DNA of 30,000 bases, from contig JBCNNT010000012.1 of NCBI GenBank assembly GCA_039594245.1, positions 1,527,528 through 1,557,527 of the forward strand, in the 5' to 3' direction. The translations under genes were made by a program, and so were the position numbers. Source of the DNA: Enterobacter sp. Lineage in GTDB: Bacteria; Pseudomonadota; Gammaproteobacteria; Enterobacterales; Enterobacteriaceae. Positions 1 to 9,450 of this stretch are shown here, one piece after another. The notes under the pieces were generated by a model. It saw only the letters and a program-made list of their open reading frames with translations, had not been told where the DNA came from and did no database searches. Numbering within the stretch: the stretch's first letter is position 1; every line of letters starts with the position of its first letter.

Positions 1-67
1 TATCAGGGCGAAACTTTTTCACATTAGACGAAGTTTGCGGGTTTTGCATAATCACTGCGGCGAGATT

Positions 68-979
68 TTACTTCGCCGCACCACGCAGATGCGTAACCCC
101 TTTAACGACGGCCACGACCACCGCGCCAATGGCGAATCCCAACAGCAAATTAGCGATAACCGGTATCAGGGTCTGCAGCAACGCGTGCTGCCCGGCCGCG
201 AAATTCGCGATCGCATGGTGCAGCGGCGTTATGCCATGCACCACAATACCGCCGCCAACGAGGAACATCGCCAGCGTGCCGACCACGCTTAAGGTCTTCA
301 TCAGCCAGGGAGCCAGAACAAGCAGCCCTTTGCCCATCCCCTGCGCCAGCGCGCCTTTCCGTTCTGCCAGCCAGTAACCCATGTCATCGAGCTTGACGAT
401 AATCCCCACCAGGCCATAAACACCGATGGTCACCAACAACGCAATGCCCGATAAAACCAGCACCTGGTTGAGCAATGGCGAGTCGGCCACGATACCGAGC
501 GTGATGGCAACAATCTCTGCCGATAAAATAAAATCGGTACGGACAGCGCCTTTGATTTTGTCTTTTTCGAACTGCTGCGGATCCTGTGCGGCCAGCGCCT
601 CCAGCCGATGCTGCCGGGCTTCCGGGGTCTCTTTATGCTTACGTGCAGCCAGGGTGTGCAGCACTTTTTCCACACCCTCGAAGCACAAAAACGCGCCGCC
701 GACCATCAACAGCGGTGTAATAGCCCACGGGATAAACGCGCTGATCAGCAAAGCCAGAGGCACAAGAATGACCTTGTTGAGCAGCGATCCTCGCGCCACA
801 CCCCACACTACCGGCAGTTCACGGTTGGCGCGAACGCCGGTTACCTGCTGCGCATTTAACGAAAGATCGTCTCCCAGCACACCGGCAGTTTTCTTCGCCG
901 CCAGTTTGCCCATCACGGAAATGTCATCCAGCAAGGTGGCAATGTCGTCAAGCAATGTTAATAAACTACTTCCTGCCAA
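68..979 (-). CDS. yedI: DUF808 inner-membrane protein YedI
   Basis: Track ORF 68..1102. From residue L42 the sequence ([37 protein letters not shown]...) matches my memory of the E. coli YedI N-terminus ([12 protein letters not shown]...). TTG at 977-979 is preceded by an AAGGAAG SD. The 41-codon upstream extension starts at another TTG with no SD and is probably untranslated. Synteny yedI-yedA-vsr. Confidence 0.85.
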   Translation of the reverse strand: MAGSSLLTLLDDIATLLDDISVMGKLAAKKTAGVLGDDLSLNAQQVTGVRANRELPVVWGVARGSLLNKVILVPLALLISAFIPWAITPLLMVGGAFLCFEGVEKVLHTLAARKHKETPEARQHRLEALAAQDPQQFEKDKIKGAVRTDFILSAEIVAITLGIVADSPLLNQVLVLSGIALLVTIGVYGLVGIIVKLDDMGYWLAERKGALAQGMGKGLLVLAPWLMKTLSVVGTLAMFLVGGGIVVHGITPLHHAIANFAAGQHALLQTLIPVIANLLLGFAIGAVVVAVVKGVTHLRGAAK

Positions 980-1156
980 AATTTCTTCCTTTTCAGAGTT
1001 ATCACTAAATAAAGTGCAGTATGCAGTAAAAAATCTATGGCGAGAATCACCCCATAGTGTCAACAAAAATTTAACAGCTTCTGCCGAATTAACCACTCGC
1101 AAGACGTATAGTTTTGACGTTTACTATAAGCCTCGTATCTTTTGTTGTGGTGGTTT

Positions 1157-2065
1157 ATGCGTTTCAGGCAAGTTTTACCGCTTATTGGAGCGTTGTTTGC
1201 GCTCTACATCATCTGGGGTTCTACCTATTTTGTTATCCGCGTCGGCGTCGAAAGCTGGCCGCCCTTCATGATGGCTGGCATCCGCTTTTTATCTGCGGGT
1301 ATCGTGCTGATAACCATTCTGTTGCTGAGCGGCCATAAACTGCCGCCGCTGCGCCCAATGCTCAATGCGGCGCTGATTGGCGTATTGCTGCTCGCTGTCG
1401 GTAACGGCTTTGTCACGGTGGCGGAACATCAGAATGTCCCTTCCGGCATCGCTGCGGTCGTCGTGGCGACCGTACCACTGTTTACGCTGTGCTTTAGCCA
1501 TTTTTTTGGTATCGCGACGCGAAAGCTTGAGTGGGCTGGAATTGCTATTGGCCTGGCGGGGATCATTTTGCTGAATAGCGGCGGAAACCTGAGCGGTAAT
1601 CCATGGGGCGCAGTCATGATCCTCATCGGCTCGCTAAGCTGGGCGTTTGGTTCGGTGTACGGTTCGCGGATTGAACTCCCGGGTGGGATGATGGCGGGCG
1701 CGATTGAAATGCTGGCCGCCGGGATCGTGTTGCTGGCCGCCTCAGCTCTGAGCGGCGAACACCTTAGCGCCATACCGCCGCTGTCCGGCTTTTTCGCCGT
1801 CGGCTATCTGGCGCTGTTTGGCTCTATCATCGCTATTAGTGCCTATATGTATCTGATCCGCAACGTGTCACCGGCATTAGCAACCAGCTACGCCTATGTG
1901 AACCCGGTGGTGGCGGTACTGCTGGGCACGGGCTTTGGCGGCGAACATCTCTCTTCCGTTGAATGGCTGGCGCTGGGGATCATTATCCTGGCTGTGGTAC
2001 TGGTGACGCTGGGCAAATATCTCTTCCCGCCGCGCCCGGCTGTTACGCCTTGCGTGGAGAAGTAA
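1157..2065 (+). CDS. yedA: EamA/DMT-family transporter YedA
   Basis: Track ORF 1142..2065 begins at TTG. The first ATG (1157) gives MRFRQVLPLIGALFALYIIWGSTYFVIR..., matching remembered E. coli YedA (MRFRQLLPLFGALFALYIIWGSTYFVIR). Multi-TM, two EamA repeats. The 3' end overlaps the convergent vsr by 23 nt. Confidence 0.9.
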   Translation: MRFRQVLPLIGALFALYIIWGSTYFVIRVGVESWPPFMMAGIRFLSAGIVLITILLLSGHKLPPLRPMLNAALIGVLLLAVGNGFVTVAEHQNVPSGIAAVVVATVPLFTLCFSHFFGIATRKLEWAGIAIGLAGIILLNSGGNLSGNPWGAVMILIGSLSWAFGSVYGSRIELPGGMMAGAIEMLAAGIVLLAASALSGEHLSAIPPLSGFFAVGYLALFGSIIAISAYMYLIRNVSPALATSYAYVNPVVAVLLGTGFGGEHLSSVEWLALGIIILAVVLVTLGKYLFPPRPAVTPCVEK

Positions 2066-2534
2066 TCGCCATCGCATGAATCCCCTGAGTGTCGATCTGC
2101 GCGGTTTGTTGCCCCTCGCAGATCCACTCTTCCAGCCGCTCGCTCAGCGCCCCATCGCTCAGTTTAAGCTTGCCGCGCAATGCGCACTCCCACACCACCA
2201 GCACCCGCCAGCCCTGTTCAAGCAGCAATGCGCAGTCGCGCGCATCACGCGCCACATTTTTGCCGATTTTTTCCAGCCAAAAATCCGTACGCGTGGCCGG
2301 AATCTTAAACAGATAGCAGTTATGGCGATGCCAGTAACACCCGTGAGTGAAGATCACACAGCGATACTCATCCAGCACAAAATCAGGGCGACCTGGTAAC
2401 GCGGCATCCTGTACGCGAAACGCCAGATCCAGCGATTGCAGGCAGGCGGCCAGCCGTTTTTCGATGGCCGTATCGCGCGTAGCGATTGCCCGCATATTCT
2501 TACTGCGCGTCGCTTTGTCATGAACATCCGCCAT
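2043..2534 (-). CDS. vsr: Very-short-patch repair endonuclease Vsr
   Basis: MADVHDKATRSKNMRAIATRDTAIEKRLA...FTHGCYWHRH...WRVLVVWECAL is near-identical in its hallmark segments to remembered E. coli Vsr. ATG at 2532-2534 is preceded by a GGGAG SD at 7-nt spacing. Confidence 0.93.
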   Translation of the reverse strand: MADVHDKATRSKNMRAIATRDTAIEKRLAACLQSLDLAFRVQDAALPGRPDFVLDEYRCVIFTHGCYWHRHNCYLFKIPATRTDFWLEKIGKNVARDARDCALLLEQGWRVLVVWECALRGKLKLSDGALSERLEEWICEGQQTAQIDTQGIHAMAITSPRKA

Positions 2535-2546
2535 CTCTTTTCTCCC

Positions 2547-3245
2547 TTAAGTTGCTGAGGTACGAAAGCGCCGTAGCACCTCATCATCAATCCGTTGATG
2601 ATCGCCCTGGAGTTCCGCGCTCAGTTTCGCCATGTAATGCACCAGAAAATCGGCGTTATGCGCAGCCAGCTCCCGCCCTTTTGCTGTCTGCATGGTGGCA
2701 GGCAGCTTCAGTAACTTACAGCGAAAATGATCGAGGGCGTAGGCTTTGTCGTCCAGTTCCCGCTCTGCGGCAAAGGGATCGTTGCCGTCAAAGAGCGCCG
2801 CGCCCATCGAACCGGAGACAGCAAACACGCGGGCCAGACCAATCGCGCCAAGCGATTCCAGCCTGTCCGCGTCCTGAACGATTTTGGCTTCCAGCGTGAG
2901 CGGTGCGATTCCTGCGCTAAAGCTGTGCGCTTCAATGGCATGACGCACGGCTGGCACCGAGCCTGCGGGAAAATCAGGGAAGTCATTGGCCAGAATTTCA
3001 GCGGTTTTTTGCGCCGCCAGTACCGAGGATTGATGGCGTTGCGGGTGGTTTTTCGCAAAGCTGACAATGTCATGGAAATAGCAGGCAGCCAGCACCACCA
3101 GCCCATCAACCTGCTGCCCCAGCATCAGCGTCTGCGCGGTTTTCCACACCCGGCGAAAGTGCGACACATCATGGGCTGCATCAGCATGATTAAAGTGTTG
3201 CGTCACCCATTTATCGAAACGGTGTTGCCAGTCAGATAAATTCAT
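2547..3245 (-). CDS. yedJ: HD-domain phosphohydrolase YedJ
   Basis: 232 aa with HD-domain motifs ([30 protein letters not shown]). Its size and its position next to vsr/dcm match E. coli yedJ. The TAA stop at 2547-2549 lies only 12 nt upstream of the vsr ATG. Confidence 0.85.
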   Translation of the reverse strand: MNLSDWQHRFDKWVTQHFNHADAAHDVSHFRRVWKTAQTLMLGQQVDGLVVLAACYFHDIVSFAKNHPQRHQSSVLAAQKTAEILANDFPDFPAGSVPAVRHAIEAHSFSAGIAPLTLEAKIVQDADRLESLGAIGLARVFAVSGSMGAALFDGNDPFAAERELDDKAYALDHFRCKLLKLPATMQTAKGRELAAHNADFLVHYMAKLSAELQGDHQRIDDEVLRRFRTSAT

Positions 3246-3284
3246 TGTGCGTCCTGTCGATGAAAAGTCATTACCATAACATCT

Positions 3285-3542
3285 TCAGGCATCAGGATCG
3301 CGTGGGCGAGTATACCAGGCAATCGCGCCGAGTATCGCTCCCACCACGCCAAGCACCAGTACGCTGCTGAAGCTGTTGAACCCATCCGCGCTGGCTGCGC
3401 CCCTTGCGCCATTCGCGTTGCCCGAAGGCGGTCCAGGCAACCAGATATCGTTCAACAGGCTCCAGATAAACCAGACACAAAAAATCCAGAAAACCCATAA
3501 CGCCAGCTTTCCCCCCAGACTTCGTTTCGCTTTATCTTCCAT
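3285..3542 (-). CDS. Small two-TM inner-membrane protein, possibly YedR-like by position
   Basis: 85-aa ORF with an ATG start. It has two hydrophobic helices (LALWVFWIFCVWFIWSLL; VLVLGVVGAILGAIAWY) separated by a Gly/Ala/Asn loop. It occupies the slot of yedR downstream of yedJ. I do not recognise the sequence itself. Confidence 0.55.
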   Translation of the reverse strand: MEDKAKRSLGGKLALWVFWIFCVWFIWSLLNDIWLPGPPSGNANGARGAASADGFNSFSSVLVLGVVGAILGAIAWYTRPRDPDA

Positions 3543-3861
3543 AATGTCGTTTTCCGCGCTGTTAAGGGTGAAAAGGAAAAGCTTCTTTCAATACGAATGT
3601 GACTACTTTCACATCATATCCCCAGAAAATGAATTTTAAAGATATATCAGCTTTATTTATATATTTTACTGTCACACGTCAGCTCGCCCTGTTTTGGTGC
3701 AAAGAAGTTCGTAAAAATAAACAGAATAAAAAAACAAAGTGCTTTAGTTTTATTTAAGGCTAAAAAATTAGTTTTCTTATTACAAAAACTGTGTAATTAT
3801 CCTGACTCGTTTGTTATCCACCTTCCTTTCTTTATTTTTTACTGTCGCTCCTGTTTGACTT

Positions 3862-3895
3862 GTCCGATATTTATATGTCGGACTTTTTTCTTCTT
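3862..3895 (+). terminator. Rho-independent terminator with no annotated upstream gene
   Basis: GTCCGATAT-ttat-ATGTCGGAC forms a 9-bp stem (one G.U pair) with a 4-nt loop (3862-3883). TTTTTTCTTCTT follows immediately. The opposite strand has no U-tract, so it is a plus-strand terminator. Confidence 0.55.
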
Positions 3896-4488
3896 ATTAA
3901 AATAACCAACATCAATACCAATAACCCTGAATTTACAGAAACCATAAATTTAAAATAACCATTAAAAACAAATGGTTGCAATGGTTCGCGAATCATAATC
4001 ACATCGTGTAAAAACAGAATACCTACGATATTTCTCATTTTTATTACCTGACATCGCAGATAATTAAGGAAAAACAGGGAATAATCCTACTCAGCCCATC
4101 ATGACGCTAAACATATTCTCAGACACCATGTTATTTATTGTACAAATAATTAATGGGAAAATATCATCCGGAATTATTTCTACACATAACACGACTAACG
4201 CGTAACGCTAAGGGTGCTCATCATTGAGAAACCGATCGGCAAACCTGGGCAGGAGCGACAAACAGCGGAAGTGATCCCCGATCGCACGCGCACAAGACAA
4301 CGGTGACATCCGCCACTGTCGGGTTTCATTCGAAATGCGACTTGCCCACGCAGACAGCAGAATTCAGGCCGGAGCTTTACAGACCGATAACAAATAATAT
4401 TGCACAAAATAGTGTGACTCTGTTCAATCCGCAATCTGCGCAATAGTGTTATTTATGCACAATCGTTTTTATATGAAGCAATTAAATT

Positions 4489-4845
4489 ATGAACGCATAT
4501 GAATTACAGGCATTACGCCATATTCTCGCGATGAGCATCGAAGAGTGCGCAACCTGGATTGCACCGGATAATACGGCAGCAGAGTGGCAGGCATGGGAAA
4601 AGGGAGAAAAAGCTATCCCAGCGGATATTGTTGAAAAATTGCAGGCGCTGAGAAAAAAAAGGCAATCGCATATTAACGCTCTCATCCAACGAATAAACAA
4701 TCGCATTGGCAATAATACGATGCGTTTTTTTGTGGATTTGGCTGCGTTTCGGACGGTATATCATGATGGGGATTATCTGGACTGGAAGGTTTATCAGTCA
4801 GTGGCCGCCGAACTCTATGCGCATGATCTGGAACATCTGTGCTAA
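4489..4845 (+). CDS. ydiL: DUF1870 small HTH-like protein YdiL
   Basis: MNAYELQALRHI...INNRIGNNTMRFF...YQSVAAELYAHDLEHLC matches remembered E. coli YdiL. It heads the ydi block exactly as in K-12. Confidence 0.85.
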   Translation: MNAYELQALRHILAMSIEECATWIAPDNTAAEWQAWEKGEKAIPADIVEKLQALRKKRQSHINALIQRINNRIGNNTMRFFVDLAAFRTVYHDGDYLDWKVYQSVAAELYAHDLEHLC

Positions 4846-4902
4846 AGACGTTTCTCTGCTGACACCGCCAACGATCCATTTCACCTTCACGCCGTAAATA
4901 AA

Positions 4903-6105
4903 ATGAAAAACACCTATCTCTCGACTGCCCTGGGTCTTTATCTGAATTACCTGGTGCACGGCATGGGGGTCATTTTAATGAGCCTCAATATGTCTTCGCT
5001 CGAACTCCAGTGGCAGACCAATGCAGCAGGAGTATCTGTTGTTATTTCCTCACTCGGTATTGGCCGGCTAAGCGTTTTGCTCTTCTCCGGAATATTGTCG
5101 GACAAATTTGGCCGTCGACCATTTATTATTCTCGGCATGCTTTGCTATCTCGCATTTTTTTTCGGCATCATCAACACACACAGCATTGTTGTGGCTTATG
5201 CGTTTGGCTTTTTAGCCGGGATCGCCAACAGTTTCCTCGACGCAGGAACCTATCCCAGCCTGATGGAAGCATTTCCGCGTTCCCCCGGCACGGCGAATGT
5301 GCTGATCAAAGCGTTTATTTCTGCGGGGCAGTTTTTATTACCGATGATCATCAGCCTGCTGGTATGGGCGGAAATCTGGTTCGGCTGGTCCTTTCTGGTT
5401 GCCGCCACCATTATGATCCTCAACGGCCTGTTTTTACTCCGCTGCACCTTTCCCCCTCACCGTGCGCGCAAATCGCCACCGGTCGCAGACAGCACGCTTA
5501 AACACCACTGCTCCGTTATCGATCTGGCCAGCTACACATTGTATGGCTATATCTCAATGACCACTTTTTACCTTATCAGTCAGTGGCTTGCGCAATACGG
5601 TCAGTTTGTTGTCGGCATGTCGTATACCGAGTCTATCAAACTGCTCAGCGTTTACACCTGCGGTTCGCTGCTCTGCGTTTTCATTACCGCTCCACTGGTA
5701 CGGAAAACCGCCAGAACCATGGCGTTATTAGTGCTGTACACTTTTATCTCGTTTGTTGCCTTGCTGACAGTATGTCTGCATCCCAGCGTTGGGATGGTGG
5801 TGATTTTTTCGTTTGTTATTGGTTTCTCCTCCGCAGGTGGCGTCGTACAAATTGGCCTGACATTGATGGCCGCCCGTTTTCCTTACGCCAAAGGAAAAGC
5901 GACCGGTATTTATTACAGCGCGGGAAGCATTGCTACTTTTACCATCCCATTAATAACGGCACGCCTCTCTGAGCACAGTATTGCTGATATTATGTGGTTT
6001 GATACTGCCATTGCGGCTATCGGTTTTCTGCTGGCACTTTTTATTGGTTTACGCAGCCGTATGGCATCCAGGCGCTCGGTGAATATGGCACCTGTCGCCG
6101 AATAA
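4903..6105 (+). CDS. ydiM: MFS transporter YdiM
   Basis: 400 aa, 12-TM MFS pattern (GRLSVLLFSGILSDKFGRRP motif), in the position and with the size of E. coli ydiM. Confidence 0.85.
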   Translation: MKNTYLSTALGLYLNYLVHGMGVILMSLNMSSLELQWQTNAAGVSVVISSLGIGRLSVLLFSGILSDKFGRRPFIILGMLCYLAFFFGIINTHSIVVAYAFGFLAGIANSFLDAGTYPSLMEAFPRSPGTANVLIKAFISAGQFLLPMIISLLVWAEIWFGWSFLVAATIMILNGLFLLRCTFPPHRARKSPPVADSTLKHHCSVIDLASYTLYGYISMTTFYLISQWLAQYGQFVVGMSYTESIKLLSVYTCGSLLCVFITAPLVRKTARTMALLVLYTFISFVALLTVCLHPSVGMVVIFSFVIGFSSAGGVVQIGLTLMAARFPYAKGKATGIYYSAGSIATFTIPLITARLSEHSIADIMWFDTAIAAIGFLLALFIGLRSRMASRRSVNMAPVAE

Positions 6106-6362
6106 CCCTCCCGATGCAATATTGTTGATGCGCTTGTGCAAAATAATACGGACGTTATTTAGCGACACAATTGATAGCGTTCAAAACGATATAAAAGCCA
6201 TTTCACTTCACATTTTATCATGCAATAAACCTGGAAAATTAAGCGCCATACTATGTATGGCCGAATGTTGAAAGAACGTAAAGTAATATCTAAACTCGCG
6301 GCCAGATATCACAGTAAGCGCTGCGGGAGAAAAAATTTAAAATCTGCACGGAGCTGTGAAAA

Positions 6363-7637
6363 ATGTCTCAGAATAAGGCTTTCAGCACCCCATTTATCCT
6401 GGCGGTAATCTGTATCTATCTTAGTTATTTCCTGCACGGCATTAGCGTTATTACGCTGGCGCAAAATATGACATCTCTGGCGGCGAAATTTTCCACCAAC
6501 AATGCGGGCATTGCTTATTTAATTTCGGGCATCGGTCTGGGTCGTCTGGTCAGTATTCTGTTCTTTGGCGTTATTTCCGACAAGTTCGGTCGCCGGGCCG
6601 TTATTTTATTGGGCGTCGTATTGTATATGCTCTTTTTCTTTGGCATCCCCTCCAGCCCGAACCTGATGGTGGCTTTTGTTCTGGCTGTCTGCGTCGGTGT
6701 CGCCAACTCGGCGCTCGATACCGGAGGCTACCCGGCGTTGATGGAGTGTTTTCCGACAGCGTCCGGCTCGGCGGTGATTCTGGTAAAAGCGATGGTTTCT
6801 TTCGGGCAGATGCTCTACCCAATGATCGTCAGCTACATGCTGCTTAATGATATCTGGTACGGCTATAGCGTCATTATTCCCGGTGTTCTGTTTGTCCTGA
6901 TCACGTTGATGCTGTTGAAAAGCCGCTTCCCCGGCCAGCAGGTCGATGCCAGCGTCGCCAAAGCGCTGCCGCAGATGAACAGCAAACCGCTGCCGTGGCT
7001 GGAAGGCATTGCCTCGGTATTATTCGGCGTTGCAGCCTTCTCCACCTTTTACGTCATCGTGGTATGGATGCCGAAATATGCCATGGCATTTGCCGGAATG
7101 GCGGAAGCCGACGCCCTAAAAACCATCTCTTACTACAGCATGGGATCGCTGCTGTGCGTGTTCATCTTCGCCGCACTGTTGAAGACAAAAGTACGTCCTG
7201 TCTGGGCCAACGTCTTTAACGCCGGGCTGGCGGCTATTACAGCAGCTGTTATCTATTTGTTCCCGTCGCCACTGGTGTGCAATGCCGGTGCGTTTGTTAT
7301 CGGCTTTTCCGCAGCGGGTGGCATCCTGCAACTGGGTGTGTCGGTGATGTCTGAGTTCTTCCCGAAGAGCAAAGCCAAAGTCACCAGCGTCTACATGATG
7401 ATGGGCGGGCTGGCGAATTTTATTATTCCGCTGATTACCGGGTATCTCTCTAACATTGGCCTGCAGTACATCATCTTGCTGGATTTCTTCTTCGCGCTGC
7501 TGGCCTTCCTCACCGCCGCCATTGTCTTCGTCCGTTACTACCGCGTCTTCAATATTCCTAAAAACGATGTGCGGTTCGGCGAACGGTATTTTCAAAAAAC
7601 AGCTTCCGTTCACGATAAATATTCAAGGAGTCTATGA
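6363..7637 (+). CDS. ydiN: MFS transporter YdiN
   Basis: 424 aa, a paralogue of the preceding MFS ([20 protein letters not shown]). Its stop overlaps the ydiB start (ATGATGA). Position as in E. coli ydiN. Confidence 0.85.
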   Translation: MSQNKAFSTPFILAVICIYLSYFLHGISVITLAQNMTSLAAKFSTNNAGIAYLISGIGLGRLVSILFFGVISDKFGRRAVILLGVVLYMLFFFGIPSSPNLMVAFVLAVCVGVANSALDTGGYPALMECFPTASGSAVILVKAMVSFGQMLYPMIVSYMLLNDIWYGYSVIIPGVLFVLITLMLLKSRFPGQQVDASVAKALPQMNSKPLPWLEGIASVLFGVAAFSTFYVIVVWMPKYAMAFAGMAEADALKTISYYSMGSLLCVFIFAALLKTKVRPVWANVFNAGLAAITAAVIYLFPSPLVCNAGAFVIGFSAAGGILQLGVSVMSEFFPKSKAKVTSVYMMMGGLANFIIPLITGYLSNIGLQYIILLDFFFALLAFLTAAIVFVRYYRVFNIPKNDVRFGERYFQKTASVHDKYSRSL

Positions 7638-8503
7638 TGGATGTAACTGCAAAATATGAACTGATTGGCCTGATGGCCTACCCTATCCGGCACAGTCTGT
7701 CTCCGGAAATGCAAAATAAGGCGCTGGAAAAAGCCGGGCTGCCTTTTACCTATATGGCATTTGAAGTCGATAATTCGACATTCGCCAATGCCATTGCCGG
7801 GCTGAAAGCCTTAAAAATGCGCGGCACCGGCGTCTCCATGCCGAATAAACAACTGGCGTGCGAGTATGTGGATGAATTAACCCCGGCGGCAAAACTGGTT
7901 GGCGCTATCAATACCATTGTCAACGATGATGGCTATTTACGCGGCTACAACACCGACGGTACCGGACATATCCGCGCCATCAAAGAGAGCGGTTTCGACA
8001 TCAAAGGCAAAACCATGGTACTGCTGGGTGCCGGAGGGGCATCAACCGCGATTGGCGCACAAGGTGCCATTGAAGGGCTGAAAGAGATTAAACTGTTTAA
8101 CCGCCGGGATGATTTCTTCGAAAAAGCCGTCGCCTTTGCCCGTCGCGTCAACGAAAACACCGATTGCGTGGTAACCGTGACAGACCTTGCGGATCAGAAA
8201 GCGTTTGCCGCTGCCCTTGCTACCGCAGACATCCTCACTAACGGCACCAAAATCGGCATGAAGCCGCTGGATGATCAAAGCCTCATCAGCGATATCAGCC
8301 TGCTTCGTCCGGGTCTGCTGGTCACCGAATGCGTGTATAACCCGCATATCACCAAACTGTTGCAGCAGGCGCAGCAAGCCGGGTGCAAAACCATTGATGG
8401 TTACGGCATGTTACTGTGGCAAGGGGCTGAACAGTTCAAACTGTGGACCGGTAAAGAGTTTCCGCTGGAATACGTGAAACACGTCATGGGCTTCGAAGCC
8501 TGA
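7637..8503 (+). CDS. ydiB: Quinate/shikimate dehydrogenase YdiB
   Basis: [44 protein letters not shown]... is nearly identical to remembered E. coli YdiB. There are two adjacent ATGs (7634, 7637). The AAGGAG SD at 7625-7630 favours 7637. Confidence 0.93.
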   Translation: MDVTAKYELIGLMAYPIRHSLSPEMQNKALEKAGLPFTYMAFEVDNSTFANAIAGLKALKMRGTGVSMPNKQLACEYVDELTPAAKLVGAINTIVNDDGYLRGYNTDGTGHIRAIKESGFDIKGKTMVLLGAGGASTAIGAQGAIEGLKEIKLFNRRDDFFEKAVAFARRVNENTDCVVTVTDLADQKAFAAALATADILTNGTKIGMKPLDDQSLISDISLLRPGLLVTECVYNPHITKLLQQAQQAGCKTIDGYGMLLWQGAEQFKLWTGKEFPLEYVKHVMGFEA

Positions 8504-8528
8504 AAGACCGTTGAATAAGAGGTACTGA

Positions 8529-9287
8529 ATGAAAACGGTAAGCGTAAAAAATCTCGTGATTGGCGAAGGAGCTCCCAAAATCATCGTCTCGCTGATGGGG
8601 AAAGATATCGCCAGTGTTAAATCGGAAGCGCAGGCCTATCGTGACGCGGACTTCGATATCCTGGAGTGGCGTGTTGACCATTTCAGCAATGTCGCCTCCA
8701 TTGATGCCGTGCTGGAAGCGGTATTTGTCATCCGCAATGCAATAGCGGATAAACCGCTGCTGTTTACCTTCCGCAGCGCGAAAGAAGGCGGTGAACAGGC
8801 GCTATCGGCGGAGCAGTATATTGCGCTCAACCGCGCGGCAGTGGATAGCGGTCTGGTCGATATCATCGATCTGGAGCTGTTTACCGGCGAGGCGCTGGTC
8901 AAAGCCATGGTGGAACATGCGCACGCGAAAAACGTGAAAGTTATCATGTCCAGCCACGATTTCCATAACACGCCACCAGCAGAAGAGATTGTGCAGCGCC
9001 TGCGCAAAATGCAGCAACTGGGTGCCGATATACCCAAAATCGCGCTGATGCCGAAGAACAAAACCGATGTGCTGACCCTGCTTACCGCGACGCTTGAGAT
9101 GCACGAACACTATGCCGACCGCCCGCTTATTACCATGTCGATGGCAAAAGCCGGGGTCATTTCACGGCTGGCAGGTGAGGTGTTCGGCTCGGCCGCAACG
9201 TTTGGCGCGGTGAAAAAGGCCTCGGCACCAGGACAAATATCCGTTAGCGACCTGCGTATTGCCTTAACGATATTGCATCAGGCCTGA
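8529..9287 (+). CDS. aroD: 3-dehydroquinate dehydratase type I
   Basis: [34 protein letters not shown]...[21 protein letters not shown] matches remembered E. coli/Salmonella AroD along its full length (252 aa). Confidence 0.95.
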   Translation: MKTVSVKNLVIGEGAPKIIVSLMGKDIASVKSEAQAYRDADFDILEWRVDHFSNVASIDAVLEAVFVIRNAIADKPLLFTFRSAKEGGEQALSAEQYIALNRAAVDSGLVDIIDLELFTGEALVKAMVEHAHAKNVKVIMSSHDFHNTPPAEEIVQRLRKMQQLGADIPKIALMPKNKTDVLTLLTATLEMHEHYADRPLITMSMAKAGVISRLAGEVFGSAATFGAVKKASAPGQISVSDLRIALTILHQA

Positions 9288-9450
9288 GAGAGTATATTCA
9301 GGCGGAACTAAACGTTTTCGCCCTACATTAAATAATGCCCGGACATGAATATTTTCAAATATTCAGCGGACGCGCTCGGCTTTAATTCACGGTTGAATAG
9401 CGGCGAATAAAGCCAGATATCCGCACCGCACGGACATCCCAGGAGTCATT

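Noticed and set aside
426-1271. 281-aa plus-strand ORF antisense to yedI. Similar long antisense ORFs occur at 14527..15258, 15501..16136, 20381..20989, 11429..11887 and 2727..3239.
   Set aside because: Each lies entirely opposite a confidently identified gene and has Arg/Ser/Cys/Pro-rich, low-complexity translations with no SD. They are typical shadow frames of GC-rich coding DNA.
3629-3757. 42-codon plus-strand ORF (MNFKDISALFIYFTVTRQLALFWCKEVRKNKQNKKTKCFSFI) upstream of the orphan terminator
   Set aside because: It has a hydrophobic-then-basic small-peptide look and could belong to the transcript ended by the terminator at 3862-3895. However, there is no SD (CCCCAGAAA before the ATG) and it overlaps the expected promoter region of the divergent small membrane gene. 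The evidence is too weak to call.
4195-4443. 82-aa minus-strand ORF in the ydiL upstream region
   Set aside because: The translation is rich in Cys and Arg (…CCLRGQVAFRMKPDSGGCHRCLVRVRSG…), there is no SD, and both strands are open here. I treated the region as non-coding (see the finding for 4195-4488).
4380-4488. Expected rprA sRNA upstream of ydiL
   Set aside because: I searched by eye for the RprA terminator stem and T-run and for its conserved core. Neither is present in this window.
9301-9323. GGCGGAAAC-taaac-GTTTTCGCC hairpin after aroD, and its AAACGTTT core as a possible PurR/Cra-type (LacI-family) box
   Set aside because: There is no U-tract, so it is not a clear terminator. The flanks of the AAACGTTT core do not match the PurR or Cra consensus well enough to call a site.
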